This document shows, piece after piece, positions 38,457-46,396 of a stretch of 64,000 bases of DNA. Made by a program: the position numbers and the translations under genes. The notes beneath the pieces were generated by a model. The model worked only from the letters and a program-made list of their open reading frames with translations. It ran no database searches and was not told where the DNA came from. Each line of letters starts with the position of its first letter. Positions within the stretch are counted from its first letter, which is position 1. The stretch comes from Minisyncoccota bacterium (lineage in GTDB: Bacteria > Patescibacteriota > Minisyncoccia > UBA6257 > UBA9933), in assembly GCA_041650415.1 (NCBI GenBank), contig JBAZLC010000001.1:66998-130997 (forward strand), in the 5' to 3' direction.

Positions 38457-38603
38457 TCAGCAGCCGGCGATCTCCTTGGCGATGATGTTGGCGCCGATGG
38501 ACAATGTCGTAAAAATAGTGGTGGCCCCGGCGATCTCGGTGTTTTGGCCGGCGGCGCTCGCGGTGATGGCGTTCAACGATTTCAAACACGTCATGGCTCC
38601 CAT
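38457..38603 (-). CDS. Candidate 48-aa small protein encoded in the 70%-GC island. The coding frame and strand are uncertain.
   Basis: GAAGGAGGAA Shine-Dalgarno 8 nt upstream of the ATG. Product MGAMTCLKSLNAITASAAGQNTEIAGATTIFTTLSIGANIIAKEIAGC. GC3 is about 83% against GC1 of about 37%, a strong 3-nt periodicity. The same frame downstream is broken by several stop codons. A plus-strand ORF (38338-38670) shares the same third-codon positions. Confidence 0.3.
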   Translation of the reverse strand: MGAMTCLKSLNAITASAAGQNTEIAGATTIFTTLSIGANIIAKEIAGC

Positions 38604-38648
38604 AAGCAAATTCCTCCTTCTTATATTTCCGCTAAAACTACTAGCGGA

Positions 38649-38685
38649 TAAAACGCCTCCGACTGGATAGCGTTTTATATATTTG
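38649..38685 (+). terminator. Plus-strand hairpin plus T-run at the 3' edge of the GC island, just before the miaA promoter.
   Basis: aaaacgc...gcgtttt stem followed by a T-rich run. Confidence 0.4.
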
Positions 38686-38712
38686 TTTGGAAACGTTCAA
38701 TAATGTTATAAT
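38686..38712 (+). promoter_or_regulatory. Candidate miaA promoter.
   Basis: TTTGGA, a 15-nt spacer, then TATAAT at 38707-38712. The ATG at 38726 would be nearly leaderless. Confidence 0.35.
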
Positions 38713-38725
38713 CCATATTATACAC

Positions 38726-39661
38726 ATGCATAACAATTTGTCAACCCCACACTTAAATCTAAGTGTGGGGTCAACCCCACCAAAAATTATCGTTATTTTA
38801 GGCCCCACAGCCTCTGGGAAATCGGATTTAGCCGTCCAATTGGCTAAAAAATTTAAAGGCGAAATAATATCCGCCGATTCCCGGCAAATTTATAAAGGTC
38901 TAAATATCGGCTCGGGTAAAATTACCAAAAAAGAAATGCAAGATGTTCCGCATTATCTTTTAGACGTCGCTTCCCCAAAATCAACATTTACGGTTTCTCA
39001 ATATCAAAAACTCGCGGGAAAAGCTATTAAAGAAATTTTAAGAAAGGGCAAAATTCCCATAGTTTGCGGTGGCACAGGATTTTATATAGACGCCCTTGTT
39101 TATAATTACAAATTGCCGGAAATCCCGCCTAACCCGAAATTAAGAAAAGAACTTGAGAAAAAATCGGCTGACGCGCTTTTTAAACAGCTCAAAAAGCTCG
39201 ACCCTGCCAGAGCGAAAAACATAGACCAATTTAACAAACGCCGGTTAATAAGAGCGCTGGAAATCGTCTTAACAACCAAAAAACCCGTTCCCAATATTAT
39301 CGCGCGTGATAATACGAATTACGATGTTCTTTTTTTAGGCATTAAAAAGCCACAGGAAGAACTGAAAAAATTAATCGCCAAACGGCTGGAAAAACGCCTT
39401 AAACAAAGCATGATTACAGAAGTAAAAAATCTTCACAAATCCGGCGTTTCGTGGAAAAAACTGGAAAGTTTCGGTCTAGAATACCGCTGGCTTGCCAGAT
39501 ATTTACAAAATAAAATCGGCTACGCCGAAATGATTCAACTTCTCCAAAAAGACATAGAACATTACGCCAAACGCCAGATGACGTGGTTCAAGCGCAATAA
39601 AAAAATCCACTGGATTAAAAATTACAAACAAACGGAGAAATTAACCGATAATTTCCTTTAA
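38726..39661 (+). CDS. miaA: tRNA dimethylallyltransferase.
   Basis: P-loop GPTASGKS. ISADSRQIYKGLNIGSGKITKKEMQDVPHYLLD is typical of MiaA. The start is uncertain (ATG at 38726; the track uses a TTG at 38687). Confidence 0.85.
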   Translation: MHNNLSTPHLNLSVGSTPPKIIVILGPTASGKSDLAVQLAKKFKGEIISADSRQIYKGLNIGSGKITKKEMQDVPHYLLDVASPKSTFTVSQYQKLAGKAIKEILRKGKIPIVCGGTGFYIDALVYNYKLPEIPPNPKLRKELEKKSADALFKQLKKLDPARAKNIDQFNKRRLIRALEIVLTTKKPVPNIIARDNTNYDVLFLGIKKPQEELKKLIAKRLEKRLKQSMITEVKNLHKSGVSWKKLESFGLEYRWLARYLQNKIGYAEMIQLLQKDIEHYAKRQMTWFKRNKKIHWIKNYKQTEKLTDNFL

Positions 39662-41056
39662 GATTTTTTTAAGCGCTTCCGGATTTCCCTTGCCTTTAAG
39701 TTTTGCCATTGCCTGGCCGATTAAAAATTGCAGCGCCGTTTCTTTGCCTTTTTTATAATTCGCCACCGCTTCCGGATTTTCTTTGACGATTTCTTCAAGC
39801 GTCGGTTTTAATTCGTCTTCTCCGGAAATCTGCTTCAATCCCCCTTGCTCGATAATCTTGTTCGGGTCCAAACCTGTCAAAGACATTTCTTTCAAAATGT
39901 CTTTCGCCATGCGGCTCGACAAATCTCCTTTTACAATCAAAGCAATCAAATCGGCAAAATTTTCCGGCGTAATTTTCAATTCGCCAAAACTGATTCCCTG
40001 CTCGATTATCAAACCCCTCAAATCACTGGTTAAATAATTAAAGAATAATTGGATGTTTTTCCCTTTATTCTCAGCCTCGGATTCCGAAACCGATTCTTCG
40101 AAAAATTTCGCCATTTCCCGGTCTTCAACTAAGCCTTCGGCCTGGCCTTCCGAAAGCCCGTATTCAGCCATAAATCTTTTTCTTTTATCAATCGGCAATT
40201 CGGGAATTTCAACTCTTAAACTTTCCAAATCGAATTCTTTCAAATCCATCAACGGCAAATCCGGCTCGGGGAAATATCTGTAATCGTGCGATTCTTCTTT
40301 TAACCGCTGGGAAACCGTGCGTCTTTTTGCTTCGTCCCAACCCCGCGTTTCCTGAACTATTTTCTCGCCTTTTTCTAAAAGTTCCGACTGCCTTTCAATT
40401 TCGTATTTAACGGCATCGCCCACTACTCTGAAAGAATTAAGGTTTTTTATTTCAACCTTGGTGCCTCTTTCATTGTCTTTGCTGATAGAAATATTTACTT
40501 CCACCCTCATCTGTCCTTTTTCCATGTCGGCATTGGAAATTCCCAGATATCTCATTATAAGCTGAAGCTCTTTGGCAAATTTAACCGCCTCTTCTCCGCT
40601 TTTGATATCGGGTTCGGTGACAAGCTCCATTAAAGGCACACTGGAACGGTTAAAATCAACTAAAGAATAATCTTTGTTTGCCGCGTGCGCCAATCTTGCC
40701 GTATCTTCTTCTAAGTGAATTCTGGTAATCCGCACGCCGTTTAATTCCCCGCCCATGACAAGCGGTTTATCAAACTGCGAAATCTGATAGCCTTTCGGCA
40801 AATCGGGATAAAAATAATTTTTGCGGTCGAATTTGGAAGTTTCCGGAAGCTTGCCGTTTATCGCCATTCCCAATTTCAAAACCGCTTCAACCGCTTTTTT
40901 GTTTATTGTCGGCAACGCGCCGGGATGTCCCATACAAACTGGACAAATATTAACGTTTGGATGTTTTTCTTTGGGGTCGTTTAAACACCCGCAAAACATT
41001 TTCGTTTTGGTTTTTAATTCCGTATGTATTTCTAAGCCTATTGTTGGTTTATACAT
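39641..41056 (-). CDS. gatB: Asp/Glu-tRNA(Asn/Gln) amidotransferase subunit B.
   Basis: MYKPTIGLEIHTELKTKTKMFCGC... matches the GatB N-terminus, with a C-terminal YqeY-like domain. Confidence 0.9.
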   Translation of the reverse strand: MYKPTIGLEIHTELKTKTKMFCGCLNDPKEKHPNVNICPVCMGHPGALPTINKKAVEAVLKLGMAINGKLPETSKFDRKNYFYPDLPKGYQISQFDKPLVMGGELNGVRITRIHLEEDTARLAHAANKDYSLVDFNRSSVPLMELVTEPDIKSGEEAVKFAKELQLIMRYLGISNADMEKGQMRVEVNISISKDNERGTKVEIKNLNSFRVVGDAVKYEIERQSELLEKGEKIVQETRGWDEAKRRTVSQRLKEESHDYRYFPEPDLPLMDLKEFDLESLRVEIPELPIDKRKRFMAEYGLSEGQAEGLVEDREMAKFFEESVSESEAENKGKNIQLFFNYLTSDLRGLIIEQGISFGELKITPENFADLIALIVKGDLSSRMAKDILKEMSLTGLDPNKIIEQGGLKQISGEDELKPTLEEIVKENPEAVANYKKGKETALQFLIGQAMAKLKGKGNPEALKKILKEIIG

Positions 41057-41061
41057 ATTTT

Positions 41062-41487
41062 TTAATTTAATCCCGTACTCCCAAACCCTCCAGCGCCACG
41101 GTTGGTTTGCGGCAGTTCACTAACTTCTTCAATTTCCGGATTTTCAATTTTTTGAAAAATAACCTGGGCGATTTTTTGGCCTTTTTTAATCTCGTAATCT
41201 TCAGCCCCCAAATTAACCAATCCTATTAAATATTCTCCCGTATAATTGCTGTCAAAAACTCCTCCCAAAGTTTTAATGCCGAATTTATGCGAAGGCCCGC
41301 TTTTATCCCAAATCAATCCGACATAACCTTCCGGAATTTTAACGGCAATTCCGGTCTTACAAGAAATTCTCTGTCCGGACTTTAAAACCGCATCTTCAAC
41401 AGAATATAAATCCATACCCGCGTCTCCTTCTTGCGCGAAAACCGGAATTTTCGCTTCCGAAACCAACTTTTTTACGAGAATTTTCAT
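41062..41487 (-). CDS. dut: dUTP diphosphatase.
   Basis: Motifs AGMDLYS, SGxSHKFGIxT and IDSNYTGE. Trimeric dUTPase family. Confidence 0.85.
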   Translation of the reverse strand: MKILVKKLVSEAKIPVFAQEGDAGMDLYSVEDAVLKSGQRISCKTGIAVKIPEGYVGLIWDKSGPSHKFGIKTLGGVFDSNYTGEYLIGLVNLGAEDYEIKKGQKIAQVIFQKIENPEIEEVSELPQTNRGAGGFGSTGLN

Positions 41488-41631
41488 TGTTTTTATGATT
41501 TTATAATAACAGAAAAACTCATTTTTTCAATTTATCTACTTGACAATATTCCAAAAATTGTTAATATTCTTTTTAGAAAAGATCTTTGGCAACTCAATAA
41601 TTAACTCTAAACTTAGTTTCAAGGAGGACTT

Positions 41632-42141
41632 ATGAATATTGTTATAAGCATTATTGCCGCGATGGCGGAAAACGGCGTTATCGGAAACGACAACAAGATA
41701 CCGTGGAATTTAAGCAGCGACCTGAAAAGGTTCGCCAAGCTGACCACGGGTCACACACTGATCGTAGGGCGCAAAACCCACGAATCAATCATCCAAAGGA
41801 TCGGACACCCGTTGCCGAACCGAAAAACAATCATTGTCACAAGGCAAAAACATTATCGAGCGCCGGAAAATTGCGAAGCCGCTTCCTCTTGGGAAGAAGC
41901 AAAAGCGATCGCCGGCACCGGAGAAGTTTTTGTCATTGGGGGCGCCGAAATCTATTCCTTGGCGATTCCTGAAGCGGAAACCATGTATCTTACCACCGTG
42001 CACTGCAGCAAATGTGAAGGCGATGCCTTTTTCCCGAAGTACGACAAAACCAAATGGAGAGAAAAAGATTTTGACTACATCCCTCCATCCAGAAGCGGAG
42101 AATATGGGTCTACATTCAAGGTCCTGAAACGAGTTTTATGA
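41632..42141 (+). CDS. folA: Dihydrofolate reductase.
   Basis: IIAAMAENGVIGNDNKIPWNL...LIVGRKTHESI is the DHFR signature. Confidence 0.85.
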   Translation: MNIVISIIAAMAENGVIGNDNKIPWNLSSDLKRFAKLTTGHTLIVGRKTHESIIQRIGHPLPNRKTIIVTRQKHYRAPENCEAASSWEEAKAIAGTGEVFVIGGAEIYSLAIPEAETMYLTTVHCSKCEGDAFFPKYDKTKWREKDFDYIPPSRSGEYGSTFKVLKRVL

Positions 42142-42305
42142 ACTTCCCCCGTTTTCCATTGAGTTGGAAAGCGGGGGTTATTTTAATTATTGAAATTAAT
42201 AAAATTACTGTTAAAATAGCAATTAAAGAATATTTGTTTTCTATAAAAATATTTATGAAAATAGTAAATAAAAAATTCGCAAAGAAAAAAGGAGGTTATT
42301 TAAAC

Positions 42306-42692
42306 GTGATAAAATCGATAGAAACCGAAGGCAAATGCCCTTTTTGCCCGGATAATTTTAAATATCATAAAAAAGAAATTCTTAAAAAATATGGCGGTTG
42401 GTTTATTACGGAAAACAGCTGGCCGTATAAAAACGCAAAACATCATTTATTGATAATCGGCGTAAAACATAAAGAACAATTAAACGAACTTACCGGAAAA
42501 GATTTTAATTCCGTAAGGTTTTTGGCGAATTGGGCCGTTAATAAATTCAAAATAAAAGGCGGCGCCCTGACAATCAGATTCGGAAACACTGATTTTACCG
42601 GCTCAACCGTTTGCCATATTCATTTTCATTTAATTTCTCCGGAAATTAAAAAAAGTGGTTTGGCGAAAACGGTAAATTTTCCCATTGGCTAA
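42306..42692 (+). CDS. HIT (histidine triad) family nucleotide hydrolase/transferase.
   Basis: N-terminal CPFCP zinc-ribbon-like motif and a C-terminal HIHFHLI triad (HxHxHxx). AAGGAGG is 6 nt upstream of the GTG at 42306. The track ORF begins further upstream. Confidence 0.65.
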   Translation: MIKSIETEGKCPFCPDNFKYHKKEILKKYGGWFITENSWPYKNAKHHLLIIGVKHKEQLNELTGKDFNSVRFLANWAVNKFKIKGGALTIRFGNTDFTGSTVCHIHFHLISPEIKKSGLAKTVNFPIG

Positions 42693-42694
42693 AA

Positions 42695-42741
42695 ATAATT
42701 AAGGCCCGCAGAAAATTGAATTCTCTGCGGGCCTTTTTTTG
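42695..42741. terminator. Bidirectional terminator between the HIT gene and the convergent thyA.
   Basis: ggcccgcagaaaattgaattctctgcgggcc hairpin flanked by A- and T-runs. Confidence 0.6.
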
Positions 42742-42743
42742 CG

Positions 42744-43568
42744 TCATAACCCCACAGGCGCGGGGATATGAGGATGAGGGTCGTAACCCTCCAGTTTGAA
42801 ATCCGTGAATGTGAATTTGAAGATGTCTTTGACGTCCGGGTTCAGCGTTACCCGGGGAAGCGGCTTCGGTTCCCTGCCGAGCTGCATTCTGGCCTGATCG
42901 ATGTGGTTCAGGAAGACATGAGTGTCGCTCGTCGTATGGACGAACTCGTCCGCTTTCAGCCCGGTCACTTGGGCAATCATCATGAGCAGTAAAGCGTACG
43001 AAGCGATATTGAACGGCACACCGATGAAAACGTCCGCGCTTCTCTGGCAGAGATGAAGGGAAACCTTGCCGTCCGCCACGAAGCACTTGAAATCGCCATG
43101 ACACGGAGCAACAAAGACGCTATCCACGTCTTCGGGGTTCCACGCTATGACTTTGTGCCTCTTTGAGTTCGGATCGTTTTTCAGGCCTTCTATCAGTCTG
43201 GCTATCTGGTTTATCTCTCCACCGTCCCGTTTCTTCCAGTGGATCCATTGGGGGCCGTATATCCGTCCGAGATCGCCCTCTTCCAGGCCATACTGCGCGC
43301 AGGCCTCCTTTGTAGCCCACATGTCCCAGATCGGAATTTTGTTTTCCTTTAGAAAATCCACCCGGCTTTCCCCTTTCAGGAACCACAAGAGCTCGCCCAC
43401 CACGTATCTGAAAGGAATCTTTTTCGTGGTCATCAGTGGAAAACCGTCGTCCATCCGGAAACGCATCGTATGCCCGAGCACGGCGATATTGCCGACGCCC
43501 TGGGTGTCTGTCTTCCGAAGCCTTCCATTGGCAAGAACGTGCCTCAGAAGGTCGAGATATTGTTTCAT
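42744..43568 (-). CDS. thyA: Thymidylate synthase (ThyA-type, folate-dependent).
   Basis: MKQYLDLLRHVL..GxxRxDRTGTG-like N-terminus, with the PCH active-site region (FVAPCHGDFKCFV). Confidence 0.9.
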   Translation of the reverse strand: MKQYLDLLRHVLANGRLRKTDTQGVGNIAVLGHTMRFRMDDGFPLMTTKKIPFRYVVGELLWFLKGESRVDFLKENKIPIWDMWATKEACAQYGLEEGDLGRIYGPQWIHWKKRDGGEINQIARLIEGLKNDPNSKRHKVIAWNPEDVDSVFVAPCHGDFKCFVADGKVSLHLCQRSADVFIGVPFNIASYALLLMMIAQVTGLKADEFVHTTSDTHVFLNHIDQARMQLGREPKPLPRVTLNPDVKDIFKFTFTDFKLEGYDPHPHIPAPVGL

Positions 43569-43581
43569 AACTCCTCCTTAA

Positions 43582-44415
43582 TCACCTTACGTAAATGATC
43601 TCCACCCCTCTCGATTTCATGATTTCTTCACCGTTCAGCGAAGCGTGGCCCGAAGCAAAAAAACATCTGGCAAAACCAGCCAGTGCCACAGGCTTGGCGC
43701 ACATCGGACACGGAAAAACTGAAGCATAAATATCCGTTCCTTTCAAACTAACGCCCGATCTGGCTGCTTCGATTACGATTGCCTGCTCCGCGTGCAAAGA
43801 GGTGGCGACATCGCTTTGTTTTCCCGCTTCGATAAAATCGCGGGGATCACCAAAAACATACGGTGTGTGCTCCGACGGCAAATGCTGATTATACGCGGTA
43901 AACAGAACCTTTCTGTCTTTGACCGCGACGGCACCCACATGGCGCCACCAATCGGAGCTTTTTTGGGATTCGCGGTTCGCCAACGCTATCATCTCTCTGT
44001 CGAACGCGTCGTGCGACTCGCGGTGATATCCCGCCGGCTTTGACGACATCACGTTTGTTTCATCCCACCTAAGAAAGGCCGAATCGAATTCAACACTCTC
44101 TTTGTTGGGGATGTATTTTTCCACCAGACGGCGCGAGACACCATCATCCACGGCGATTATTCCATAATCGCGGCAAATGTAATTGATCATGTGCGCCTCC
44201 AGTACCAAAACATTCCTGAACAGACCCAGGGTTTTTATTACTTTTACCATCACCTCCGGATCAACGGCTCGTATCTCCTCTTCCAAGTACGTAAACTCTT
44301 TCGTCAATGCCCGGCTGAAAATCAAAAGCGCATCAACGTTAGCTGCGTGCCTGGAAAAAAAACGGAGATAGCCATCGTGCAACACAGGCACATAAGAGAT
44401 CAGTACTTTCTTCAT
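43582..44415 (-). CDS. dCMP deaminase (ComEB/cytidylate deaminase fold) fused to an N-terminal domain of about 135 aa of unknown function.
   Basis: C-terminal HAEQAIV...PCPMCAKPVA zinc-binding deaminase motifs (H-A-E ... PC..C). The N-terminal part (KVLISYVPVLHDGYLRFF...) has no deaminase motifs. GGGAGGATAAA is upstream of the ATG at 44415. Confidence 0.7.
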   Translation of the reverse strand: MKKVLISYVPVLHDGYLRFFSRHAANVDALLIFSRALTKEFTYLEEEIRAVDPEVMVKVIKTLGLFRNVLVLEAHMINYICRDYGIIAVDDGVSRRLVEKYIPNKESVEFDSAFLRWDETNVMSSKPAGYHRESHDAFDREMIALANRESQKSSDWWRHVGAVAVKDRKVLFTAYNQHLPSEHTPYVFGDPRDFIEAGKQSDVATSLHAEQAIVIEAARSGVSLKGTDIYASVFPCPMCAKPVALAGFARCFFASGHASLNGEEIMKSRGVEIIYVR

Positions 44416-44416
44416 T

Positions 44417-44980
44417 TTATCCTCCCGTTTTTTTCTCTCCCGCAGCATCCACCAGTGACAAAAGGTGTTTTTTCACCGTGTTCTGAATCATCTGCGACGT
44501 TGAAGTTTCCTCGGCCTGGCGCGGCAAAACAACCAGTTCACCGCAATACCGCTTGATCTCTTCGCGCTGTTTCTGAGGATAGCTGTCCTCAACAGCGACA
44601 AAGACATCCGGCCTGAGCTTCTTGATGAGTCCGTACTGCCATTTCCCTTTGTCGTTGATGTCGTCCACCAACGTCACAAAATCCACCGGCGCTTGATAGC
44701 ACAGCATCTCGCACCGCTCGTCTTGCGGGACCACTGGCCGCATGGGACCCTTGTACAGCTTAATGGCTCGGTCGGTATCAACGCCCACCACCAAAACATC
44801 TCCTCTTCTTCTCGCCTGAATCAGATAGCGGACGTGCCCAATGTGGAGTAAATCCCACGAACCGATGGTAACCACGATTCTGTTATTCACCCCTCTGAGG
44901 CCATCCACCACCCGAAACAGCTTTCCGGCATCCAGAACAATCTTGTTTCTTAAACGCTTTTCGTCAAAAATCGCATCCAT
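44417..44980 (-). CDS. Cytidylyl/adenylyltransferase-family nucleotidyltransferase (HldE domain II / TagD-like).
   Basis: TIGSWDLLHIGHVRYL is the (T/H)xGH nucleotidyltransferase motif. AAGGAGGTG is 6 nt upstream of the ATG at 44980. Confidence 0.65.
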   Translation of the reverse strand: MDAIFDEKRLRNKIVLDAGKLFRVVDGLRGVNNRIVVTIGSWDLLHIGHVRYLIQARRRGDVLVVGVDTDRAIKLYKGPMRPVVPQDERCEMLCYQAPVDFVTLVDDINDKGKWQYGLIKKLRPDVFVAVEDSYPQKQREEIKRYCGELVVLPRQAEETSTSQMIQNTVKKHLLSLVDAAGEKKTGG

Positions 44981-45132
44981 CTTTACACCTCCTTTTCGGA
45001 TTTCATTATAGTTCGTTATAAATAGTTTAAAGCTATTATTTGACAAAGTTCTTAATTTTCTTTTACCACTTCCCAAACAAAAAAGCAAGGATTTTGTCCT
45101 TGCTTTTTTAAACCAATTCCTTAATTCTCTAA

Positions 45133-45558
45133 TTATCCAACCACCTCAATGCCCATCGAGCGGGCCGTACCTTCAACGATTTTCATGGCCGCTTCAATGT
45201 CATTCGCGTTCAAGTCTGCCATTTTCTTTTCGGCAATTTCACGGACTTGAGCCCTAGTCACCGAACCGACTTTTTTCTTCAGCGGGTCAGCAGCGCCTTT
45301 TTCCACTCCCGCTGCTTTGCGGAGCAAATCCGAAGCCGGCGGAGTTTTAAGTTTGAAATCAAAAGTCCTGTCTTCGTAAATCGTGATTTCCGCCGGAATA
45401 ATCGCGCCAGCCATATCTTTTGTAGCCTCGTTAAACTGTTGGCAAAACTGGCCGATATTTATGCCTTGCGGTCCCAAAGCCGTCCCGATGGGCGGAGCCG
45501 GAGTCGCGGCGCCGGCCGGAATTTGTATTATTAATATTTTCTTGATTGGTTTAGCCAT
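45133..45558 (-). CDS. rplK: 50S ribosomal protein L11.
   Basis: [35 protein letters not shown]... is the uL11 signature. Confidence 0.9.
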   Translation of the reverse strand: MAKPIKKILIIQIPAGAATPAPPIGTALGPQGINIGQFCQQFNEATKDMAGAIIPAEITIYEDRTFDFKLKTPPASDLLRKAAGVEKGAADPLKKKVGSVTRAQVREIAEKKMADLNANDIEAAMKIVEGTARSMGIEVVG

Positions 45559-45562
45559 ATTT

Positions 45563-46180
45563 TTACATTTTTTGAGCCTGTAATGAATCAAGCTCGACTG
45601 CCGTTTCTCTTCCGAAAATCGCCAGCATTACTTTTAATCGTCCCCTTTCTTCGTCAACGGCCGATATCTTGCCTTCGTAATCTTTAAACGGCCCGTCTAT
45701 TATTTTGACAATGTCTCCGACAGCGAATTCAAGTTTGAATTTTGTTTCATCCTCGCCTTTCATTCTGCCCATCAACGATTCTATTTCGTCTTTGGAAAGC
45801 GGAGTCGGTTCGGTCGAATCGGCGCCTACGAACCCGGTTACCCGAGGCGTGTTTCTCACCACGTACCAGGAATCCTCGCTCATTAACATGTCCACCAAAA
45901 CATATCCCGGATAAATCTTTTCTTCAATGGTTCTGCGCTTGCCGTTTTTTATTTTTATTTTCTTTTCTTTCGGAACCAAAATGTTGAAAATTTTGTCGTT
46001 CATCGCCAAAGATTCAACTCTCTGTTTCAAATAACGCGCTACCGCGTCTTCGTATCCCGAATAAGTATGAACGGCATACCAATGCCTTTCACCTTTTTTC
46101 TTAAAATCGCCCGGCGAAACCCGGGTTTTCGGCTTAGCGGCGCCGTTTTCCAAATTATTTTCCATTTTATCGTTTTCCAT
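45563..46180 (-). CDS. nusG: Transcription antiterminator NusG.
   Basis: NGN domain ([14 protein letters not shown]) and a C-terminal KOW ([18 protein letters not shown]). About 30-aa N-terminal extension. Confidence 0.85.
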   Translation of the reverse strand: MENDKMENNLENGAAKPKTRVSPGDFKKKGERHWYAVHTYSGYEDAVARYLKQRVESLAMNDKIFNILVPKEKKIKIKNGKRRTIEEKIYPGYVLVDMLMSEDSWYVVRNTPRVTGFVGADSTEPTPLSKDEIESLMGRMKGEDETKFKLEFAVGDIVKIIDGPFKDYEGKISAVDEERGRLKVMLAIFGRETAVELDSLQAQKM

Positions 46181-46371
46181 TATGAAACCACTTTATCCAA
46201 TATTAACGTAAAAATCAAATCCAAAGCGCCCAAAAACAGCGCCACGCCGATTGAAAAGCCGACGACAATCAAGGTTAATCTCGTGGTTTCCTGTTTTGTC
46301 GGCCAGTTAACTCTTAAAAATTCCCTGTACGCCTCAATTATATAATCTTTTATTCTGCTAAATGTATTCAT
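46180..46371 (-). CDS. secE: Preprotein translocase subunit SecE.
   Basis: 63 aa, YREFLRVNWPTKQETTRLTLIVVGFSIGVALFLG. In the canonical secE-nusG-rplK order. Confidence 0.8.
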   Translation of the reverse strand: MNTFSRIKDYIIEAYREFLRVNWPTKQETTRLTLIVVGFSIGVALFLGALDLIFTLILDKVVS

Positions 46372-46396
46372 GTTTTAATGTTTGTAGTTTGTAGTT

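Noticed and set aside
38227-38589. 120-aa Arg/His-rich ORF (minus strand) in the GC island
   Set aside because: It is in a different frame from the high-GC3 phase. Its composition is extreme (RRRPKHRDRRGHH). It has no SD. It is a by-product of high GC content.
38100-38640. An RNase P RNA, tmRNA or SRP RNA in the GC-rich thrS-miaA spacer
   Set aside because: I could not find the conserved P4 (AGGAAAGUCCGGGCUCC), CR-IV (ACAGAACCCGGCUUA), tmRNA T-arm/ACCA end or SRP domain-IV (CCGGAAGG...AGCAGC) motifs on either strand. The strong 3-nt GC periodicity also argues for (ex-)coding DNA. It was therefore not called as an ncRNA, but an Rfam scan is still worthwhile.
46372-46396. Direct repeat gtttgta-gtttgta upstream of secE
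   Set aside because: It is only two 7-nt units in an AT-rich spacer, within chance expectation.
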